DNA of 62,260 nucleotides, counting the filler, from Choristocarpus tenellus KU-1152 (lineage: Eukaryota > Protista > Phaeophyceae), in NCBI GenBank assembly GCA_964200185.2. It is 9 parts of 9 records of this genome, joined end to end, with 100 filler letters (N's around TTAATTAATTAA, not from the genome) between each part and the next. Parts side by side here need not be neighbours in the genome. Positions count along the whole stretch, not along the records: positions 1 to 5,413 come from CAXNAD020010867.1; positions 5,514 to 10,487 come from CAXNAD020012317.1; positions 10,588 to 17,230 come from CAXNAD020007682.1; 6 more parts are not named here. The stretch is one strand, 5' to 3'. Both the position numbers and the translations under genes were made by a program. Positions 1 through 11,221 of this stretch are shown piece after piece. The notes beneath the pieces are model-generated. The model saw only the letters and a program-made list of their open reading frames with translations, ran no database searches and was not told the origin of the DNA. Within the stretch, counting starts at the first letter, position 1. Every line of letters begins with the position of its first letter.

Positions 1-2022
1 CATTTTGCTTCCTGCACCCAGTCACTGGGCACCTGTTTGACAGGGCCTCTTCCCTCCCTCCCTAGGGATCTGCTGTCAGTGAGCTTGAATCCTGTAGGGG
101 GGATCTGGCATGCCGGCTCCAGAGGTTGTGTTGAGGCCCATGCATTTTCCCCTTGCCCACACTGGCTCTGGTGGCATGCTAGGGCTAATGAGGAACTTTC
201 CTTCCCCTGTTGTACTTTACTTAGTAGGTCAGCTAGTTGTGTCCAAATGGAGTCAAAATGGATCCTGTTCAGAAGGCTTGTGATCTCATGTTGAGCCCTC
301 CTTGCGATCCTGGCGTCATGGGCTGCCAGGATGTAGACCTCCAGGGCAGGCGTGGGGGATGTTGTCCCCCCCCAGGTTACCCAGTATTGGCCAATGATTT
401 CTACAAGGTCCTCTGAGGGGACACCTGTAGAAAGGAGGGTGTGGATGGACGATCCCAAAGCCTGTACTATGGTGTACTGTGGGGCTTGCGCAAACAGCTT
501 GTGAGAAGGACTCACCTTGAGGCCCTTGCTGCTTCGCTAGGAGGGTGGGGAGAGTGGTCACATGTGAACCTATGAAAGCCGCATGTTGGCGGTGTTTCAT
601 AGAGGAGAGGCCCAAGTCCCCCGCACTTGTGGGCATCTGTGACTGTATTTGTGTTACAGGCGCCCCTCAGAACTCACCTCCACAGGATGTACAGCTCAAA
701 TCCAACGACCATATAATACGACGCTATGGGGGCGTTGCCCTTTACCACAGTTTGTAGGGTGTCAGGTGTCCTTCTCTTCTTGATATTCTACTCAGTGCTT
801 AGCTCAATGCTCGACTCAAAGTTTCGTTCAAGGTAAAAGATAAAGACTGGAGGCAAGTGGGATGGCTTTGGCCGAAATCCCTCTTATTATTTGCATCAGC
901 CACCCAATTTCTTTGGTCTTCTATGCAACTGCTCTACGCATACTCCAGTCATAAACATTTCTTCTGCAACTCCTTAGGGACTTTGACATTTTCTTCTGTA
1001 ATGTTACGTATGCATTCCGAATCTTACTCTGTATCTTCTATGAAATCATCATTTACTCTGTAAGGCTACCTATGTATTACTAATATCGTATATTTTTCGC
1101 ACTTGTTAGAACGCGAGAAACAATCCTCACACATTACGTCTGTCACAAATGTTCGTGTTTGCTAAAACATGAGGAGAAGAAATGCTCGCGCTTTCGCCTG
1201 TAACACTTGTTGGTGGGTCTTTACGTGGAGAGACCTAATGTTACACATCCCCTCAAACAAATCCACCGCCTCTGTTGAGTCTACTACCTCCATTATCTTC
1301 TTTAGTGTCAATAACGAGGTGCTGTCTACTTGCTCCATGGTGGAGCATGCCGGGTGAGGGGGAGTGATCCTCACAAGATGGCCTAGGCGGGAGGAGAGGG
1401 ACCAGGAGCTGAGGAGCCAGGCCACCTGTTTGTCCTCCATCTCGCTGAGGTGTGTGGCCAAAGTTCGTGTCCCAGGGCTCTCGATCACCTCAGCCACATG
1501 GGCTTGGATGAAGCCATCTGTTCCCAGAGGCCCCAATGTGACAAAACCATTGGGGTTCTGGGCTAGGTTGATTCCTGCTGTAGAAAGAAACTCCAGTTCT
1601 GAGTGGTGGGTTGGTGGCCCTGGGGAGGTGCGGCAAAGGTCTTGTCCATATTCAAGTCAATACCTAACTCATGGAGGTCAGTTTTTAACTGCTCGAAAGC
1701 AGCTATGGTATCAGGGCTGATCTCCCTTTCAGAACTGGACGTGTCGTCCAGATAGCTTCGGGAGGAAATCCCCTGGGGCCCAAAGGCAGATTGGATCTGC
1801 TGTAGTGCCTTATGTGTTGCCATGCAATATAAGAGAGGGGCAAGGGGGTCCCCCTCTTGTGCCCCTGAATCTTGATGGCAGGATCTTCATCCCTCCCTCA
1901 TCCAGGGAAAAAAGAAGATTAGGGGTGTCCCCATATATATACCTTGGAGACATAAGGCAGGAGTCCTGGTAGAGTCTCTGGGAGAGCCTTGACGAAGGCT
2001 GAGCGGCGGAGGCTGTTGAAAG
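1..2022 (-). mobile_element. Decayed CRE-clade non-LTR retrotransposon fragment (RT and downstream region), interrupted by a solo LTR at 652-1205
   Basis: Minus-strand translation gives RT motifs (SRSYLDD, GIDLNMDKT, G.LGLSSM) with frameshifts. It aligns by eye to the plus-strand copy at ~46470-47653, and bases 1-300 align to 28230-28445. Confidence 0.85.
652..1205. mobile_element. Solo LTR (or short TIR element), 554 bp
   Basis: Perfect 11-bp terminal inverted repeats TGTTACAGGCG...CGCCTGTAACA (TG...CA). Flanks tttg/cttg fit a 4-bp TSD with one mismatch. Removing the insert restores continuity with the uninterrupted LINE copy at ~47280-47310. Confidence 0.8.
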
Positions 2023-2024
2023 TT

Positions 2025-2298
2025 TGTTGCTTATTCATACATGAGTGATATTGGACACCTGGCGGGCAATGAATAATTCAGTGTATGTTCACCATATAAC
2101 TCAACCAGCGGCTTTGATGACGAGCCTTACACACACCAAGCTATTCGACCTAGTGTCGAGGCAAAAGTGCACTAGTAGTGGAGGCTCCTGTTTGCTGTGT
2201 CGTTGCTGGCATGGTGGGATAGCGAGCACCCAAGAATTGAACTTTGGAAAGTTGCAAACGGAAAGCGGAAGCAAGGTGGAGAGGAGTATTGGTTGACA
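2025..2298 (-). mobile_element. Putative 3' LTR of an LTR retrotransposon truncating the LINE
   Basis: LINE homology stops at ~2022. On the minus strand the segment runs TGTCAACC...GCAACA and is preceded by a purine-rich PPT-like tract (gtagtagaggcg). Confidence 0.4.
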
Positions 2299-3734
2299 CG
2301 CCTCTACTACGATCTTGACTAGATCAGTATTGGAACTGAGGCTTGAGGCATGAGGTCTCTAACCAAATTGGAGTGGTAGAAGTCTTTAGCTAGTTGCACA
2401 ACGAGGTTCATGACCAAATGCCATTCATTCCATGGAAGCTATGTAAACTAATGTGCATCACACCAAACCAACAACTAAGGGTCGCCCAAGCACCAACACC
2501 ACCACCGTCACTTGTTGCCAAATGGGGTGTTATCTGTGGATTTCTTCTTTTCCATCCTTTGTCCATTTTCGTAATTTCTCTTCCATGTACATTTTTTTTG
2601 GTGATTGTGTTTTTCTCCTTCTCATTAGATTCCATTTTTTGAATAAATTTCCAGGGCTTTTCACTAGGACAGGCAGATAGCATGTTCGCTGTCGACGATA
2701 AAGCGGCGAGCTAGGTCATGATCGAACCATTTTGAAACGGTCGACGGTAAATGGATGCGTTCATATCCGAACTTGATAGTACATGGCTGGTCGGCTTTCC
2801 TAGTCATGTTGAGTACTGGTGACCATGGACTCAGCTCTGTTCCAACTTGGTTGTATATGGCTGGCAGGTGGTTTCGGTCATGTTGAGTGATGATGACCAA
2901 GGAGTTGCCATTTTAGAGCGTTTGAACTATGGTCACAAGAAATCTCGAATCGCAGTGGATGATCTTTGGTGAGATTGAAGCGTGGAATCTCTTCAAGAAA
3001 CCAATCCCACAAGAATGGATATCTCTTCAGTCAGAGATATCAGCCGTCAAAGATCCTCTTTGTTGTCTCGTCTAGACATTCTGACGAGATCATCCCCACT
3101 CTGTAGTTTTATGCAGTTTTTCCTCTTTTCAACCTTAACTGTGTTCTCTCTGACAGGTTTCGTCTTGATCCGTGTTAGGACGTGATCCTCTTCACCACCT
3201 TTTCTTACTGAACTATGCCACCACAGAATTATACTGTTTATATAGTTCTATTTAGTATCCTATTCTACTACTTCAAGTAGTGAATATATTATATATATTG
3301 ATATTTCAATATTTTTCTCTATTTCACTCCTTCAGAAGAGATTGTTGAAAGTTAAAAATTGCATACAAATATCCAGTGGATGTGTGTCCTGATTTAGTGG
3401 ATGAGGTGATTTGTGACTTCAAGATTTATCGTTACCATCGGACAATCACCCATTCGTCTCAAGTGTAAAATGAGTTATTAGGTAGATTGTGAAAAGGAGG
3501 GTTGCGTGTTGTCATGCATAGAAATGTTTTGTTCGGCATGCCGTTATGGCGATTTCGTTTCCTTTTGTGTTTTTTGTCACTGACTGGGTATTCCAGTGAA
3601 GGATCTTTCGGGAGAATGAGGCTCGGAATCTTTTCAAGAAACCAATATTCCCATAAGTTGTCAACAACCACCAGGTGTATAAGACGAGATCAAATATGTA
3701 TATATATAGGGAGAGAGAATTATATTAAATTATA

Positions 3735-3952
3735 AATGATATTTCAAAATTGACTTACATAATTGATATTTCAAAATGAACTCATTTAAATGATACTTCA
3801 AAATAAACTTATTTAAAAGATAATTTCAAAATGAACTTATTTAAATGATAATTTCAAAATGAACTTATTTAAATGATAATTTCAAAATGAACTTATTTAA
3901 ATGATAATTTCAAAATGAACTTATTTAAATGATAATTTCAAAATGAACTTAT
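3735..3952. repeat. AT-rich minisatellite, 27-28-bp unit (AATGATAATTTCAAAATGAACTTATTTA), about 8 copies
   Basis: Read directly; right-hand copies are identical and left-hand copies degenerate; no spacers. Confidence 0.9.
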
Positions 3953-5326
3953 CACCATATACCCACAAACACCATGCGAAAAGAGGAAGCGGAGAAGCAG
4001 TAGGCATGTTGAACATAATCCACAAATACTGTCACAATTAATACAAACGATACAATATAATAAATGAATAACAATAATTGTTTTGAAGTATAGGAGCTTA
4101 CAATTGAGATTGACCTCACAATTTTTGATCATGCTTTGTGATGATATGATCAGGATAGGATTTTAAAGATATTTAATATATTAAGAATAGTTCAAGTTAA
4201 CAGGATCTTCTATATTTTGGCTCTTCAAACATTCTAATCCAACGGAAATTCTGAATTATTAGACCTTGTAGATAATATTTGCATGCGTCAAAGAGAGAAT
4301 AGTGATATTTATATGTATGATATCGGAGAAAATATCTAGAAAAATAGAAGAGAGAGGAGGTGAATAGAACAAAGACAGAAAAGTTGACATATTATTACGA
4401 TTATGATTGTGAATATTGTGAGTTTTTTTATTATTATTGCTACTTTAGTGGTATCTTAACTATAATTTTCATCGGTATATTTATCATTACTTTAATGTGA
4501 AGAATACAACCCCCATTTAAAAAAAGTAGAGGAAAGAGGGCAATACAAACAAGAAAGACAAATCAGTGGAAAAAGAAGGAAATGAAGAAAAAGAGATAAA
4601 AGTATCAGGGATTTTCATGGGGTTGGTCAATTAGACTAATAGCCCAATTTCCCAATCCACAATAATTCAGGTTGTCCTCATACATGTCCACTACGTGTTG
4701 AGCCGTTTTATTTCAGCCAGCTAGACCACGTGTACCATTCTCTAAAATCTCCAGACAATGTCCACTGGGTAGTTGTACTGGTCCGAGTTTGTTGTGGAAA
4801 GGTAAGCAAAAAACACTCTACTACTGTACAATGTGGTACTAATGGACATTGATTGTGGGGTAAACTCTAGCATTTTTGGAAAGGGTTAGGGCTTAGCCAG
4901 CAGTACGGTACGACCAAGGACGAAAACTATTGGTGGTATATATTTATATATATGAAATTCATTATACCTTTATCGGTAAATGCATAGCGATATACCCCAC
5001 TCAACCGGTTACGCAGGACGCCCAGCCTAACATTTTTCTTTGCATGCCAGGACCATGACCTTCGCCCAGTCTTAGCATTTTCTATTATGTCTCCACCATG
5101 TCTGGTGTGTGTTCTACTAATCCATAATGAAAAATGTGTACATGTTGAAGGTTTAGTTATATTTTAGTAGTATGCCACATAGGTTGTAATCTTTCAAGTC
5201 TTCTCTGGACTTCTCTTCGTTCGAAATTATGAATTTGTACATATATATGCAAAGTGACAGTGAGAATGTCACGATGCACGTATGTGTGGATTAAAAAAAT
5301 ATCTCTGTCTTGTGGATCATTTGATT

Positions 5327-5413
5327 GGCCCAAAGTATCTGGGGGAGGGGGGGGATCTACACCATGGTGTCCATTTGGTTCGAAATCAGGAAAAGTGCAT
5401 TTACATTATCCAT
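5327..5413 (+). mobile_element. MITE family A, left part (truncated by contig end)
   Basis: Starts GGCCCAAAGTATCTGGGG; internal sequence matches 13548-13724. Confidence 0.8.
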
Positions 5414-5513
5414 NNNNNNNNNNNNNNNNNNNNNNNNNNNNNNNNNNNNNNNNNNNNTTAATTAATTAANNNNNNNNNNNNNNNNNNNNNNNNNNNNNNN
5501 NNNNNNNNNNNNN
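5414..5513. other. Artificial contig linker (44 N + TTAATTAATTAA + 44 N). Same linker at 10488-10587, 17231-17330, 38957-39056, 45004-45103, 47654-47753, 51965-52064 and 57281-57380
   Basis: Eight identical 100-bp spacers; the 12-mer places stop codons in all six frames. Confidence 0.97.
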
Positions 5514-5732
5514 CCCCCGAGATACTTTGACCCTGTGTCTTTAGCGGTGTCTCTAAGGTTCTCACCACCGGGTGGAGATGCGCTTGAAAATCGAAAGAAT
5601 GTCTTTTTTTTTTTGGTTGAAAGCTCAGCAGTGGTGACTTGTCCCCTGTGCTCTTGTGGGGATTTGTGAATGCACTGTTTTCTTCTCTAGTGGTAAACCA
5701 GGGTGGTGGGGACTAGGGTTATTTTTATGGTC

Positions 5733-5958
5733 CAGATGGGAATCCATTGTATCCTTGAAGAAATATTTACAGTCTAAGCGGCAGGATATTCCAGTATGGA
5801 TGGCCCCTATCTAGGAGGAAGTCTTACTACTCCTCATATGAAACAGATGGCAATCCATTGTATGTTTAAAGAAATATTTACAATCTATGGGAAAGGATAT
5901 TCCAGTATGGATGGCCCATATCTAGGAGGAAGTGTTACAGCTCCTTACACGAAACAGA
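5733..5958. repeat. Diverged tandem duplication, 111-bp period (2 copies)
   Basis: CAGATGG(G/C)AATCCATTGTAT...GGATATTCCAGTATGGATGGCCC..TCTAGGAGGAAGT occurs at 5733 and again at 5844. Confidence 0.85.
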
Positions 5959-6346
5959 GGTCTGGTTCATCCCTGACCTACAACAAAGAGAGGGATAAGC
6001 ATCGATCAACCACCCTTTTTCGAATGATGTGCTGGAGTTTCAACCCCCAAAGATGGTTGCAGAGGCCATTGGAAAAGTCCGTGCAGGGTCCCTCCCGTCC
6101 GTACTGTTTGGGATGCTGCTCAGGTTGATATTTTGAGTCACTTATCTCTTTTTCCTCACCTGAGTGGTGAATGCAGACCCAATTCCAAGGTTGGTCCATT
6201 AGTTGCCCTAGACCCCAAGGAGGAGCAAAAGCGGGGTTGATTGTCTCCTGTTTGCTGCTGAGAATGGCCTAGCCTTCACTGAAACCATTTTTGTTTTTAC
6301 ACGAGTTGGACCGCGTTGCCTGGTATGGATATGGCCTGTGCCATTG

Positions 6347-6415
6347 TATGTATGTATGTATATTTGTGTGTATGTATGTATGTATGTATGTATGTATGTA
6401 TGTATGTATGTATGT
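6347..6415. repeat. (TGTA)n microsatellite
   Basis: Read directly. Confidence 0.95.
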
Positions 6416-6439
6416 GCCCGAAAGGGACCTGGGGACGAG

Positions 6440-7606
6440 TTAAAAAAAAAAGAAGGGTTTCATGAAGTGGCGCAGCGAAGGCGTTGTCCCGAGTCTACAA
6501 GATCGCTTGAGAGCAGTCATTGTATGTGGACATCTTGAAGTGGCTCTACGAGGCTTTGAAGACTAACTTTTGGCACTTGCAAGCCTGAGCTGGATGATAT
6601 TGGGTGAGGCAGGTGCGTGGTGTAGGAGCGGTGTGAAGGCTTGAGATACCTTGATCTTTTCCAAGGAAGCTGTCGTTGGATTTATGGCAAACCCTGACCC
6701 TAATCCAAATTGTTGTATCCCACCTGCAGGTAAATAGTCTCTCCCGGAAACCAAGGGAAAGGGTGTTGTTGTAGGTAAGGGTGTGTATGAATGTTGGTCC
6801 CAGCATGCGCCTGAGCCGAGGAGGGAAGATAACCGTGCTTGGCTGTTTTTATGCTAATGTCGCCTTCGTTAGCCGTGCTCGTCCTGTTCAAGAGTAGGGG
6901 GAGGGTCCGGCCTGGATAGGTGAATGTATCCCTTCAGGGGCAACGATTGCAGGGGTGTCATCCTCCTTCTTCAACATCAACCTGATCTTTCACTACTTGA
7001 GAATTTGTCGAGGAAGCTGACTGATGGTTCGGTTGGGAGGGGGAGGAGTCTACAGTGATGCCTACGGTCAGGGTCCACCTGGGGGAGGATGAGGGGGGAA
7101 TTATCGTGTCTGAAGCTGTCAGGAAGAGAGCAAGAGGTGAATTGAAATGGACAAGATGGACCAAGAGAGTGCGTGGAAGGTGGGGATGAAGTACAAGGTG
7201 GAAGAGAAGCTCCAGAAAGGAACAGGAAGAAGTCAAAGGTGCAAGCAGTGCACACACCCGTGCAGGAAGGGGTGTGTTTTGGTGGGGGGAGTAGGAGTTG
7301 AGGTGGGTGTGGGAGGCAGGGTGGAGGTAGTGCAGGGGGGTGCCACCAAACCACCACCGCCTATGTGCCCTCTTCATCAGGGCCTCTAGAAAGTCAGGCA
7401 CTTGCTATGTCAGCAGGCACCATGGACGTGATGTGTTTTGGTTCACTGCCCACCTTCTGTGAGATAGTTTTTTTAGTTCTAAGGGCTTTTCCCAGCACTG
7501 CCCACCTATATATGCCTCAAGGATGCCAGGTGTCTCTGGGAGTGTCTCTGTGGGCGTTCATGGTGCTGTAGATGGCCTCAGGGCTGCTGTTGAGGGCTGA
7601 TCCTTG
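6440..7606 (-). mobile_element. Highly decayed retroelement fragment, possibly the C-terminal part of a second CRE-like LINE family
   Basis: Minus-strand segment QARLSSLLGSGACW resembles the ARL.S..g.gA.W motif that precedes the CCHC knuckle in CRE-type ORFs; many stops and frameshifts. Confidence 0.35.
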
Positions 7607-8968
7607 GCATGGCGTTGTCCTTTTCATTTTGTTTTATTTTTGCTGTGATTGCGATTCCCTTTTTTTCTCGACTATTTTGTCTCTAGACTTTACTTAACTT
7701 TATTTAACTTTAGCACTGTATTACTCTGCATCTATTGATATTTTGGTGGTGTTTAACAGAAACATCAATTGGTAGACCTCTAAGCTATGAAGAACGAAAA
7801 TTAACGAGTGGGATATTTTCCGAAGAACGAATTATCAAACGTAACTTTTTTGAAAATGGAGCAGAACACCTACAAGCACAGCATGTGCAGCCTTTTTGCA
7901 CTTGGGAAGATTGCATGCCTTAACCCTTATGGGCATGTGTTGTAGTACGATCCTACTGAGGCATAGGCGACCTACCGTTTGTTCTAAGTGGCACACCAAT
8001 CAGTTCCCTGATCGGATCCCTCTGTGAGAAGCAGTACACGTTTGAAGGTGTTCTTCCATTGCTGGTCCTTACTACTACCCTGATTAAACTCTTAGATTGC
8101 ATTATTTGTGTTGTTGCAGCTGAAGTACTTATTAGTTGCAATACCGACCGTGTGCTTCTCCTAGTACTTATTGAACCTTTAAAAATTAATAAATATTTTC
8201 AAATGTGGATATCTAAAATATCAGGTACTGCACTCTCTAGTGTAGCTGTGTGATGTCCTTACCATTCCATTCCACTCTAGTTTTCGTATCGTACAGAGGC
8301 GTTGCAATTGCATCTGCTTTTTGCAAGCCGTGTAAAGGCTACCGAGCCCTAACACCCTGTGAAAAAGACTTCGAGTGATACAGATCACTTTTTTTTCTAA
8401 GAAAATTCTTAGCGGTGGCATCAAGTAGTTCTATGTTCCCGATCACCTGTGGAATAGAGCGCTATCCATTTGTTTTGTCCATGATTTGAGAAACCTGTAG
8501 CTTTCCACCTCTAATTGTTCTAATTGTTCTAATTGTAATTTTTTTAAAAAAAGAAGTAGAAATTGTTCCGGAGTAGATTCACAAGCGCTAGTATTGACCA
8601 CCACTGGAGTGGGTTGATTAATACCATTTGGGTATCGTTTGTGCTGAGGGTAGTTATACATGCCTTCCTGTTTCGATAGTCACGAAAAATCTCAAGGCTT
8701 TTTGATAGTACTGTTTGGGGTGGGGGAGGATGGGATGAGCCTAAGCTGTACACCAATGGCAAGGGTTGTGCACACCTTATGTTATTGTTGGGATGAATTT
8801 TTACAACAGATGTTTTTGCCGGCATCGACAAGTGGACTTAGTGGAAAATTTGCCCAGCCCCCGGTTCCAAGTTTGAGGTGTTGGATGCTAGTATGTTTTG
8901 TGTGTTTTATTTGTCCAGGCCATGACATGCCCCCGTGTACATGGTCTAATTTCTTTTACAGCACTCGG

Positions 8969-9025
8969 TGCATTGATTTGAACTGCATTGATTTGAACTG
9001 CACTGATTTGTCTTGCATTGGTTTG
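8969..9025. repeat. 15-bp tandem repeat (TGCATTGATTTGAAC), about 3.5 copies
   Basis: Read directly. Confidence 0.8.
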
Positions 9026-9576
9026 ACCAAAGAGGGAGAAAGAGAGAGATACTGCGGTAGAGGGCAGTATTTTTTTATTTATTAACAGGAGGTGTATTTA
9101 TTTACAGGAGGTATTTATTGCTTCGGTAGTGTCACTCCTCCCCATTTTAGTGGCAAGGGGTGGTTGACCTTAGAGATGTTGAGAAGGGCGATGAGCGATG
9201 GTGGCATTGAAGGTTTTCAAAAGGGGGCACAATAAGAACGTGTTTGCACATCTACAAGGGTAGACGGGGAAGGTTATCAACCCTATGTACTCCTGGGAGA
9301 GTACTGTGGTATGTACTCCAGGGAAAGTACTGTGGTATAGACAGTTGCTGGCAGTAATGACTTCACAGTGGGAATTTTGATGATCTGAAGCAAGAGGACA
9401 ACCTCGAGCAGCTGCTCTTGTGAGAGTGCCGTGTCATACCCCCTTGAGGACCTTCATTGCTGCCTTGTCATTGCCCTCTGTGATAACTGTGCGATCAGGG
9501 TCCGTTGTTGCTAATGGGGTTGAGATTGGGAGAGCATCAGCCGCCTGCTTCCCTTCGAGGTTCCCCCAGCATCTTC

Positions 9577-9606
9577 CCCTAACCCTAACCCTAACCCTAA
9601 CCCTTA
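9577..9606. repeat. Interstitial telomere-like repeat (CCCTAA)4 CCCTTA
   Basis: Read directly; TTAGGG-type hexamer. Confidence 0.85.
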
Positions 9607-11221
9607 TTTTCAGACAAGGGTACTAAATATAGCCAAGAATCATCGACCGACGATTTGGAGGTCATATCGGGAGATTTTGGTGGATTGGCATGATGTTTTA
9701 AGGTATACCTCTAATATACATACGTACCACTGGTGGTCTATACTCAACAGTACGCTCTGCCATTGGTTTCTTTCACAATCTTACCATTCTGTCAAGACTA
9801 CAAATTTTGTAATTGGTGCCCTGTTCCCAGGTCCAGCCCTAGACTGAAACCTGGCCCAGAAACTCCAGTTTGTACCCCACTTTGTCCAAACTGCTATCTA
9901 CTTTTATGGCTGTTGGCATGGCCCTTGCCTGAAATCCTTTTTTTCCATTGCCCACTGCTTCCTTTGCTGGAAATTTAAGCACCCCCTGTTCCTCCCGGCA
10001 CCAGCTGGGGTTACCACCCTCTTCTTCCTCTTGACGCGACCTTGGGTAGCTTGCCTTGTAGCCCCTTCTCCATCAGAAGGAGGCAAGCTACACCACCTGC
10101 TGCCTGCTCTCTGTTGACCTCTGCTAGAACACAAAAAGGATTGTGCTACAGTCACTGCCCGGTGGAGAATATCTCCTTGTTTGGCCTGTTGGACCAGCAC
10201 AAACAATTTTCTTTTTTTTCTCCCAGTTCAGGATTATTATTATTATTATTATTATTAATAATAATAAAATATAATGCTCTGAGATACATAGTAGACAACT
10301 GAAGTGCAAGGGAACAGCAGGTTTCCCAGGTCATTTAGTCTCACTTGTTATATATATTTTTTATTACCTTTTTTTTGTTTTCTTTTTAACAGGCACGTCT
10401 GACTCAGGACTTCTCGCACTGCATCGGCATTGAGATTCTCCAATCCCTCCATGGTGCAGCACAAAAGGTCAGGGGATAAAGGGGGGGNNNNNNNNNNNNN
10501 NNNNNNNNNNNNNNNNNNNNNNNNNNNNNNNTTAATTAATTAANNNNNNNNNNNNNNNNNNNNNNNNNNNNNNNNNNNNNNNNNNNNCCCCCCAGATACT
10601 TTGGGTCAATGGTGGTGGTCTGGGCACTGTTCAAGAGGTAAAGTCTCTACTATTATGAATTTTTCTATTGCACTAGTCATGCAAGACGGCACATTATGCT
10701 GTAAAGAACAACAATGCCTCTCCCCATGTCTCTGGAGTTCAACAGTGGCACTTCCGAGGGTTCAAATAGAATTTGGAATGATCATTCCAGGCAGACGTAA
10801 GGGCTTTTAGTTGAAATCTGTGGACACTGCCTGACCGTTTGGGCATCTGTACATGTTGAGTGGACATGCAATAGCGCTCATTACTGGAATATGTGTTGAT
10901 ACTTTTTTCAGTTGAAGTTAAGGATAATTTTGAAGGTGCTTACCCAGGAATGTTGGAGAAGTAGTTGTATTGTTTATAGTAGTACAAAGTACCTGTTGGC
11001 ACTCTCGCATTTTGTGTCAATTCAAACATTTTCTGTGGGAAGACAGCATGAGAACACAGACAACTGAGCCCTACAAAAAATCGCTGAATGGGAGACGTGT
11101 TCACTGTAGAAAATTTGTGCATATATTAACTTCTCCTTTGCAAATGTCCCAGCATCTAATATGCATAACCTATCAGATATGCTACCATCTCCTCCTGCTT
11201 ATCCACTGTGGTGCCTTCCAG

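Noticed and set aside
3735-3952. CRISPR-like array of 28-bp repeats
   Set aside because: Units are directly adjacent with no unique spacers, there are no cas genes, and the context is eukaryotic.
5458-5469. Recurrent palindrome TTAATTAATTAA as a biological motif
   Set aside because: Always centred in identical N runs; it is an assembly linker.
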